Assembly: GCA_964036045.1 (NCBI GenBank)
Contig: OZ038378.1
Coordinates: 200,756,001-200,820,000 of the forward strand
DNA from: Eutreptiella sp. 'Long Island Sound 2002'
Taxonomy: Eukaryota; Protista; Euglenida
Length of the DNA stretch: 64,000 nucleotides
Reading direction: 5' to 3'
Position 1 is the first letter of the stretch, and each line of letters starts with the position of its first letter. The position numbers and the translations under genes are program-made. A model generated the notes under the pieces. That model saw only the letters and a program-made list of their open reading frames with translations. It did no database searches and had not been told where the DNA came from. This document shows, one piece after another, positions 12,257 through 22,220 of this stretch.

Positions 12257-12904
12257 AGAATTTTGGAGCACACTCTGGAGAGGGATGGAGAAGGAATGGC
12301 CAGTTGCAGGGCATGGTGTGCTCGCTCTGGTCTGACTCAGGGCAGTGCGTGTCCTATTTGCTTGACTCTCCGCCTTTTCCTTATGCCCCTGTTGCTGAAC
12401 CGAATGGACCACCACCGGAAGCCTCTTGCCTCTTGATCTTCCCGCCCATCGCAATGGGAATCAGTTTTCGGCAAATTCCGCCAGTTTCATTGAACGTACG
12501 ACTTCGATCCCCAGCCGTGCGTGTATCTGCATAGCAGAGCCAGTTTCAGGCACGAGGAGGGTGGTGCAGGGCATCTCAACAGTGCAGCCCTGTTCGTGGT
12601 AAACAGAGTTGTATGGGTGACACAACGTGATGAGCCCATGAGTGCGAAGGCTCTTGCACCGATGGTGTGCCCTGCAAGTTGCGCGTTGCAGGGGGGCACT
12701 GCTGAGTGGCAGGGAACAAAACGAAGAGAAAAGCGCACCCCAAACGACAGCAAGCAGCAAGCAACGGGACGGCCTGGGACCCATTTCTATCCGAGCATAG
12801 CAGCTCTTCGTCTTTGGCCACGGGAGGCAAGACCCCAGTTCACGCTCGGGAGGCCCGGCGCGAACAGCTGTGTTGAGTTTACCTCAGCCCGCGAAACTGG
12901 CCTC

Positions 12905-13200
12905 TCGGCAGTGCGCTTGCTCTGTAACGTGCTGGTCCACCCGCCACACGAGCACAGCACATACGCCCAGCGTGCGCGCAAACAGAGCTGTAGAGAGTGT
13001 GTGATAGAAAATGTATTGCTGTGGCTCTCCTTGCTTTGGGGGTCACACACGCAGACGCAGCTGGGCTGTGCAACGAAGCTATGGGCGGGCAGAGGGGGCG
13101 CACACATTGCCTGGTGCAGCCGGGAGCTTGCCTTTTCCACACTGGCGGCGTGGCCAGGGAGGACCGGGGGGGGGGGGGGGTGGCCGGCATTGATGGATGG
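12905..13200 (+). repeat. Dispersed repeat (partial second copy about 44870-44940)
   Basis: GCACACAT(T/G)GCCTGG(T/C)GCAGCCGGGAGC...CACTGGCGGC(G/C)TGGCCA(G/A)GGAGG is shared. Confidence 0.55.
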
Positions 13201-14724
13201 GTTTTGCAGTGGGCCCCCACCCCCTGTGGAACGGCAGCCTTTTTGACCATCAGAGTGACTCCCTGCTTAACACGGGGTCGTTCCGTTGCTCGGGGGGTCC
13301 AAGGGGGAATAGAGCAGGCCTCTGGCCGGCCCTAACCCATAGCCCCTCTGCCTTCCTTCCGCAGTAGGGCCCAGGAGGTAATCACCTCGCAGAGGTTGTT
13401 GGATCAAAGCCAGGCAGGCGTATAGAGGGGAAAACGCCACATACCCCCCATTTTGGGCCTTTTTGGGCCTATTCGCGTACCCTACGCCAAGGGGTTGAAT
13501 TGTTAGTTTAACCCCTTATAAAATCATTATTTTGTCCAATAAACGCATCCCCCAATGAGTTTTTGGTCCGGACCCCTCCAGACCCCCCCCACTTGAAACC
13601 CACTTTTTTGAGGTTTTGAGGGAGGGGTGGGTCAAAAGATTCGAAAAAATGACCCCCCCCCCTTTTTGGGTCGAAAATCATGAATCTTTTGGTTTTTTTT
13701 TTTCGATTTTGAGCCAAAAAAGTGTTTCCGGGTCCCGACTCCATGGGGTTTGTATGGGGCGGAGTGGGACGAGCGCTTTATGCACTTCTGTTGGCGGTGT
13801 CGTCGACCTCAGTGACCCCGTGGTACCCACTCTGAGGGGTGTGAGTGGGGATGTTGTGACAGTATATGCCTACTAGGATACGGAAGGACATTTTTTGCAG
13901 TCTCTAGCCTTGGTGAGAGCCCGTCACAACCCGTGCCAAAGACGCCAAATGACTGTTTCCACCAATAATGGCCTAGTGAATGGGCCGGCCCACAACCTGC
14001 TTATGCGGTTTTTCACCCTGGGCAGCTCAAAAATCGAATTTTTCGAATCCTTTTTTTTTTTATAGCATGATCAACTAAAATGGCCATCCAAGCTATGTAA
14101 AGCATGTTTTTAGGCTGTATTTACATGTGTTTCACCCTATTTGGGTATTGGGCGGGCGGGGGGGGTCTCCCAAGGGATTAGTACACAACCTGCCGATGCA
14201 GTTTTTCACCCTAGGCATCTCAAAAATCGAAGTTTTCGAAACTTATTTTTTTTGATATTGTGATCACCTAAAATGACCATTCAAGATATGTAAAGCATGT
14301 TTCAGCGCGTAATTATGTAGCTTTTACCCTGTTTTAGGTGTGTGTTGCTTGGGGTAGGATCTCTGCGATGTGGACTTGCCGAAGGCAATAGAGTTTGGCA
14401 TTTGCCCTCCTGAATACCTGAATACGTGTGCAAGTGCCCAGCTAGCCCTAACCTGCTAGTCTCCTCACCGACCTTCGCCAGAGCATCTAGGACCTTACTG
14501 GGCCCCTGCCCTCCTTAATACAATGGGCGTTGCACACACACGGACACACACACAGGTGTTTTGTTTTGTTTGCCTGCAAGTGGTAACACTGCCATTGCTC
14601 CCCCCGGAGTACCGAAAACTCTACTCGAAAGCTCATCCCCGCGCCGACGCGCTGTCAGGCGGACCCCCCGCGGCCCTTGTGGTCTCAGTCAACATATACC
14701 CCCCCCGGGGACAACCACATCACC

Positions 14725-16561
14725 ATGGCGAAGATCTCTTTAGACCAACGCTCACTACAGGCGCTTCGCGACCTGATCAAGGAAGAAGTGGCATCAGCCA
14801 TCGCAGGGCCAGGGGCCCGCAAGGCGCACAACACACAGTCTTCAACGAAAGAGGACGAACTGCTCAGAACTATTCAGCAACTGAACCACACCATCCGTGG
14901 GCTCCGGGAAGAACTGGCCGCCGCCAAACGTGGTGGAGGTATGCAGTCACAGCAGCAGCAATCCTCTCCTGGATCTACTCCTCGGAAAGTGACTTACGCA
15001 GAGGCATTGGCCTCCAAGAAAGTGTCGGTCGAATGCACAGTGGCGGTGCAAGCACTGCCGACCCAAGGCGCCCCAGTGCAACCGGTGGCCTCTGCAGTGA
15101 GCAAAATGCTACGGAAGCACGAGTGTACTTCGGTCTTCCCTCTGGAAAATTACTCGGAGGAGGAGCGCAAGACAGAGCACATAAAGCAAGTCAAGGCAGG
15201 GAGGAAAGTGGCACACTGGCCCACCAAAGACGCGGCACATTTCAAACATGTCCTGCTGGTGGGGCACTCGGTGCACGAAGCGCATGTGATAGCCACTCAG
15301 GCTCTCAAATCTCACGACTGCATTCATTCAATGTCAGCAGCGTTACTGGCCACGGAAGCTACGCGCCAAGACGCGTCCGTCTCTCATGTCCTGTCATCAC
15401 TGGGCCGGTCACGAGACAGCCTGCTGATCACGGGGTGCTCAATGCACTCCACAGTGGTCACGGAGCGCATGCAGTGGACCACGGCGGAGAAGGGGGAGCG
15501 CATCTATCCGAAAGGCCATTTGCTGCTTGTGCAGTGGAGCAGGGTTTCACAGGTTTCCGAGGAAGTGAAGGACAGCGAGCCGGCACCTTTGCCACGCGAC
15601 AACACGGCGGTACGAGTGGTTTGCTCGTTGAATCCCCAGTCCCTGAGGGAAGGAGGCAACAGCACCAACAAGGTCAAGACCCAGAAATGGGCAAAGGAAG
15701 TATGCTGGGAGACCACTGCGCCTCTCCTCAAACCACCACTCACGACCCCCCCCCCCCCATGGTCGTGACCATGCGCCTGTGACACGGGGGCGTATGCGAG
15801 CCCAGTTTCCGTTGTCTCATCGCCCCATGGTCGTGGGGAAACGCGGGGGATGGCTCGAAGTCACCTTGGCACTACCGTATCCACTGGTGCAGCAAGTGCT
15901 CAAACAAAGCAGTGCACGGGAGGGCGTCCAGTACCGGTTGTTCCTGAGCAAAGACGTGAAGATCGAGGGGCTCCAAGCACACATGTGTTGGGTGAAACTG
16001 TCGCAGGCAAAACCCATTGCCCAGCTGCACCAAGCCCTGGCAGGACAGCCCTGGTTCGCTGGCCTCTTGTCCGGGGACAAGCCAGACAGAGTCGGAGTCC
16101 GGGTCTGGGGATGCCCAGTCCAACAACAAGTGAGAGCAGAGATTGCGAGTCTCCTGGGAATCAAATTCCAAGCTCCCACAACTACCGTCCGGGTGCGGGG
16201 GTATGGCCTGTCCTTCGGCCTCGTGTCAGGAGACCAGCAGGTGGCTCAAAGGGAAGCGGACAAAGTCTTTGGAGCCAATGTGGTCTCTGTCAAGCACACC
16301 AGGCACCTACAGAAGAGCGGTCTGGAGAGGCCAGTGTACGACGTGGAACTGACAGGGGTTCCGCCGACGTGGGAAGGCGAGGTCGTGCCAGCCGGCGACT
16401 CCCGAATGCCAGACAAGAAATGGCAGCGCATAGTACGAAAAACCCCCCCTCCCGTGTACCAGAGGGTAGGACCGAAGGCATCCCTGCCGGCAGTGGAGGC
16501 GAACGACAAGTCCGACGAGATGGACACGGATGCCAATCGAGAGGACCCGAACCTGCTTTGA
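14725..16561 (+). CDS. LINE ORF1 (about 611 aa if one C is removed from the C13 run at 15746-15758)
   Basis: ATG at 14725, N-terminal coiled-coil-like LRDLIKEE...LRTIQQLNHTIRGLREEL. ORFs 14677..15768 and 15779..16561 join by a single -1 nt correction. The C-terminal part is homologous to 48770-49202. Confidence 0.7.
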
Positions 16562-19500
16562 GAATCCTCCAGTGTGGGGACATCTCCCCGAACCTTGGCC
16601 CCACCAACACGGCGGGGGTACAGGTCATTAACGCCAATTGCACCTCACTGCACGCACACCACAGCACGATTTTTGATTATTGCGCAGACATAGTTGGCCT
16701 GCAAGAGACGAGACTAACAGCCTCAGGTCAGATATGCTTACAGGCCATTGCGGCCCAGCACGGATGGCAATGTTTTTGGGGCTGTCCGCTGGAATCGCCC
16801 ACAGGGGGGATATGGGGAGCAGCACAGGGAGGCGTAGGGTTACCCATCCGCAAGGGCTGGGTGGCCCGCATGGCAGAACGAGACAAGACAGACCCGGTGC
16901 AAGAACAGCTCTGGCACTCGGGCAGGTGGGTCCATGTTCAGGCCTGCCTAGGGGGGGGGGGGGGGGGCACATACATGAACGTGCAAGTCATTTACGGGGT
17001 GGCAGGGAAGGCAGCGCTGAACGCCGAGCTGTGGGAGCTGGCCAAGTGCTATACCAGTGCTTTGGGGAACACCCCACAGATCATTCTCACGGATACCAAT
17101 TTTGACCTGGACAACCCCCGAAAGATGCCATACGCCCCTCTGACAGCGCTTGCGGATGGGTGGCTGGTGGATGCTGACGCAGCCTTTGCGCAGTTACAGG
17201 GCGATGAATGTGTTAGCAAATACACACAGGGCTCCACACACACGCGCATTGATACTATGTTTATCAGTGCCACACACTTCGGCTGCGTTACGCAGGTGAC
17301 CGAAGTCCATGACCACGGGCTGCCGGGGCACACAACAGTGTGCTACAGTCTGGATTTGCAGGCTCCCTGCCAGTAGGTCGTCAAGTTGAGAAAAATTAAA
17401 AAGTTTGACCCCGCCCCGAGAGAGGACGAGGAGTCTATCGCATTATGCGACGCGCTACTCGCCCCCCACAAAGCAGTCTGGCAGCGCATGCTGGAGACAG
17501 GCCATTCCACAGACGATCTCTCGGCACACTGGACGTGGGTTGCAGCGGAGGTGGGGCTGGCGCTGGGCTGTCTGGACATGAGCTCAGAATCGCAGACCGC
17601 ACTGCCTTGTGAACCCAAAACGGCAGACAGAGGTCGGGGCACCGACCACATGCTCAAACACACCACCATGGGCCCGTCCCACACCACACGTTAGGGGGGA
17701 CCCCGCACTAAGCTGTTGTCTAAAATACAGGCGACCATGGGCTGCCTCAGGGACGTCATCCGCTGGGGGCCCAAAGTGGCCAGGCGGGAGGGGGGAAACT
17801 GCAGGGCAACAGCCAAGAAGCCCCTGAGCACGCTGCTGTGCAACACCCCTGTGGATGTAATGCAGGCATGGAATGCAGCATGCAGACGCATGAGGAAATT
17901 AGGACAGTCAGTCAGAGACGATCTCGAACTTCAAGACCTGCACCACCTCTCTCCAGACCCCCTCTGCGAGGTATCGCGGCCCATCCCCAGCCTGACGGAT
18001 GCCATGCGGCATTATGACAAGCTGCAGTTCTTAGGCCGCAAACTGGCCAAGCGAGAGGCCACTGAGCGCATCGCCAAGTGGAAAAAGAAAATGAACGTAG
18101 CCTGGTCAGAGTCACCCAGGGACATATATGCCTGGATCAAGAATGAAAGCTCAGCGCCCCTGCTGATGCTGAAGGACCCAGACACTGGGGAGCCCACCTC
18201 CAATGTCAATCGCATGGATAACATCCTGCATGAGGCCTGGGATAAGGTCATGCGTAAGTACGCAGACCAGGCCGAGCCGGACCCAGATATTTTCTTACGC
18301 AAGTACGCCCCCTTTTTCGGGGGGGGGGCAGCGGATGCAAACCACTCCACTCACAGGGGCGCGGCTCAGAAAACGATTTAAGAAAATGGGGCTGCGCACA
18401 TCCACAGGGCTAGACGGCTGGTGCGTCGCCGACCTCTTGTGCCTGCCTGATGTACTGCTCAACTGGCTTGCTGAACTGCTCACTGTCATTGAACACACTG
18501 GCCGGTGGCCGAGAATCGTGGCCCGTGGCTTCATTTCTCTTATTCCAAAAGGGGAAGGCATGCTCCCCATGCAGCAAAGACCACTGTCCGTGCTGTCTCA
18601 GATTTACCGAGTATGGGCGGGGGTTCGTTTGGAGGAATGCATGACATGGCAAGAAACCTGGATCCATCCTCAGGCCTTTGGTTTCAGAAAGAACAGAGGG
18701 GCCACAGACGCAGCGGGCATGATCTCCCTGCTAATTGAGTTATGCCATGTCATGCAAACGACCCTCATGGGTTTTGGGCTAGATTACGTCAAATGTTTTG
18801 ACCTCATTCCACAGCAGGTGGTTCTCCTGGTCGCCAAAGAAGAGGGCATGGATGAAGGGGTCCACAGGGCTTTATCCGGAATGTACGCCCAGCTCATGCG
18901 CTGTTTCAAAATTATGGCGTGTATGTGCAGTTTTTTCCAAGCCACCAATGGCATTCTTCAGGGCTGTCCCCTCAGTGTGACTTTAATAAACTTGCTGAAC
19001 AGCAATTGGAAGCGAGTCATGGACGCACAGGCACATGCAATCCAGGTGTCAGCAAACCGCATGCCACCAGGGGGATCTCCCACGGAAGCAGTGTCCTTCA
19101 TAATCCCGGCATTAGGGTACGTAGATGACACCTACGGATTCAGCACGGCGCGACCGCGCACGCAGCGACTGCTGGAGCGCACGGAGGAGTGGCTGACCGA
19201 CACAGGGAAGGCAGTGAACCCGTTGAAATCGGTAAGCTTTCAAGTCGGCCTTGCTGACAAAGATCCACTACGGATGGGGCGGGAACCCTTTCCTATTTCG
19301 ACAGAGTTTAAGTCACTGGGGGCAGGGGTGCGCACGACAGGGGATACCAGTTCGGGCCCACTCATCTTGCAACGTATTGCGCGTGCCGGCAAACTGCTGG
19401 ACAGGGTGCACGGAGCCCAGGGACACTTTGAACGGAGATGTTCCGTCGTCTCTACGATGATTACGGCCACAGGCCTCCATGCAGCGGAGATCGTGCCACT

Positions 19501-21748
19501 ACAGCCCAAAAGCCTAAGCTCCTTTGAGACCAAAATCAATTCCACCAATTGGGGTCCCTCCCGCCCAGCGCGGGCCAAGGAAATCGTTTTTTGCCTGCTC
19601 TGTGCAGGGCACAGGATCGCCCCCACCCTGATCATCCCGTATCAGTGCGCGGTATGGCTGGCAAAACTGTGCCGCACGCGGGGACCATCGCTTGTTTTGG
19701 CCCAGGCCATATGGGAGAAACACCCCTTACCGCAATCGGCAGGACCTTTCGGCAGGGCACTGCAGACACTGCACAATTGGGGCTGGACCCCAGCGCAAGG
19801 GTGGTGGGAATGGACAGCGCCAGGCGTCGACCAGCCCCTAAACCTCGTGGGAGACAAGGCGGAGGTCAAGCACCATGTTCGGGAACAGCTCAGGGCACAG
19901 CTGATAGCCCAGCTTATTCAGCGCAGGCCTCGACAGTTCACAGGCATGCACTACACCACTAACAGGCGTTTGGTCCCACAATGCATACTCTCTTTCACGT
20001 CAGAGCTCGAACGCTCTCTGCTACGCACCATCCTTGCGGGGGGGGTCTGGACAGCGCTGCGCGCACATCAAAGGGGCCTGCGGCCCACCTCTGACTGCCC
20101 CTTCTGCGGTAAGGCCGCAGAGACAGAGCACCATATTTTCTGGAGCTGTGAGGCATGGCACGACATCCGAGACTCTCACTCCCCCAATATCGAGCACCCG
20201 GCTTAGCAGTTTCCAGGACTGGAACGCACTGCCCACTGGCCCCCCTGCCTACTCACGTGTGGACTCGCGCCTGACATGCCACTGCCCGTCAACAGGCAGG
20301 AGCGCAACACCAGCCTAGAATTTTTACAGGCCATACATGCCATGTATGTGGCCATTCTTGCGGCCCGCAAGATTCGGGATGAGCAGGCCCCCATGCTGTT
20401 TCCCTCAGCCAGACATGTCAGGCAAACAGGGTATCCGTACCAGCAGCTGATAGGCCCGGTCCCGCGCACCGAAAATTTAGGCACGCTGACACTCGCCAAG
20501 CCCACATCCAAAACTTGGCCTTGGGAGCTACCCTTCTTAGCAGATTTCTTGTCCTGGACGCACCAGCTGGTTTGGGCAAACGAGCCAGGCACAATCACAT
20601 TCATAGAGCTCGCGCTCGATTTCGAGGAAACGTCACAGCGCACCCTACCTACAGCACCACAGGCCAAATACAGAGGGACAGCACTGCCGCTGCAAGAGCG
20701 CGCCAGAGTTCTCAGGCTGGCGTTATGCACCATGCAGAAATTGGTTACGCGGGGCGCCCTGCACCCCGCTAAAGTAATCACGAGGGCGAACTCTCTGGTC
20801 CCGCTGGGGGGGCCTCAGCAAAGCGGACTCAGCAGACGCCCATATTTTGTGTCCAGACAGGCCATGGTGGGGCATATTGCTAAGCTCAGTCAATACTGCG
20901 AAGAAACAGGGGCATTGCGCGCACACTCCAGACAGACCAAGGCACGCGCGTACGTGTACAGACACAGGCGCAGTCCAGCGGAAGTGGAAGAGGCCCGGAC
21001 CCAGCGGGCCCTCATGGGAGCGTTAAACACCGGGCCTATGCCCTCATCCTCGGACACCGCCAAAGGGGGGGGGGGGGGCTTCGCCGCAAATTTCTTCCCC
21101 GTCGTTGGGCAGGGCAAAAACCTGCAGTTGCCATATCATACAACCAGGCAACGCAAGTTCGCAGCGCCGCCGGCGCCGCAAGCATGTGTGACAGCACTGG
21201 CACCACATACATGCGCACGGGCTCTCGACCTATGCAGTACACACCAGCGCGCACCGTGCATCACATGCATGTGTCTGCGCAAGTCAGGGGACGCGTGCTG
21301 TGCCCTCGGACATCACCGGCCAGGATATGTGGACAGGCTGCCCCTGTCAGTCACGTGCCGCCAGCATGGACTGCCGGCTTGCGCCAGATGCACCAGAATG
21401 CAACGAGGGGTCCGAAACTGCTGTGCCAGAGGGCACCACAAAGTACACACGCCGGTGCGCAAGCGGCCAGCCGCGACGGACACGCGACCAGCTAAACGGC
21501 TGCGCACTGCCCGCAACCCCGCACGCACACACATGGAACATGCGCGCTCCCCGCACATACCGGCCACACCGCCCGCCCCAAAACGACGGAGACCCAAGTC
21601 ACCATGCCCCCCCTCCCCCCCCCGCCCCGCGGCCCTGCGAGATGATGGGCGAAGGAGAGCTAGAGCACGTCAGCCGACTTCTGTTTGGTGCGGAGCACGG
21701 GGGAGCTTCCACGGAAATCACATAAGTATGACGGTGCAGAGGTTCTGA
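16420..21748 (+). pseudogene. LINE ORF2: APE endonuclease + RT + zf-RVT + C-terminal Cys/His domain, disrupted
   Basis: APE motifs INAN, GLQET, VIYG, LTDTN, RID and GH. RT motifs LIPKG, RPLSVL, GFRKNRG, DYVKCFD, GILQGCPLS and YVDD. Zinc motif CPFC..ETEHHIFWSC. In-frame TAGs at 17374, 17692 and 20204, and a frameshift in the poly-G near 18320. The start codon is inferred. Confidence 0.9.
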
Positions 21749-22009
21749 CTTTTTGACCGCAGAGATCAGGCAGACCAATAAGGTACACACTCAGGTGTAC
21801 ACTTCGGCAAGCCAATCTCAGCACGCAGTCATACATGGGTCTCCCTCGTTAATAGCACAGTTCAGGCAGGCTCTAACCCGCTAACCCCTAACCCTCCCGT
21901 CGCAAGAGCGGCCAGGACATTAAAAGCCATCAACCCTCGTTAATAGCACAGAGCACACAGGCACACACACACACACACACAACCTATCTGGGGGGCCTCC
22001 AGACCACGC

Positions 22010-22220
22010 CGCGCCGCGACACACCGGGGGGCCAGGGGAGGGATAAGTCCTTCCGCCGCGCCGCGACACACCGGGGGGCCAGGGGAGGGATAGGGCAGGC
22101 TTCAGGCAGGCTCTAACCCGCTAACCCCTAACCCCCCCGTCGCAAGAGCGGCCAGGACATTAATAGCCATCAACCCTCGTTAATAGCACAGAGCACACAG
22201 GCACACACACACACACACAC
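22010..22220 (+). mobile_element. Short SINE-like element sharing the LINE 3' end, with a target-site duplication of at least 29 bp
   Basis: AACCTATCTGGGGGGCCTCCAGACCACGC occurs at 21981-22009 and 22221-22249. A near-identical body is at 27915-28095. Confidence 0.65.

Larger units (their letters stand above)
14555..21980 (+). mobile_element. Apparently full-length APE-RT non-LTR retrotransposon (copy 1), flanked by (CA)n on both sides
   Basis: 5'UTR starts directly after a CA run ending at 14554, followed by ORF1, APE, RT, zf-RVT, a C-terminal Cys/His domain, 3'UTR and a (CA)n tail ending at 21980. Confidence 0.9.

Noticed and set aside
17374-20206. UAG reassignment or readthrough, because all three in-frame stops in LINE copy 1 ORF2 are TAG
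   Set aside because: About 3,400 host-gene codons contain no in-frame stop, other copies have different residues and also TGA stops, so ordinary decay explains it.
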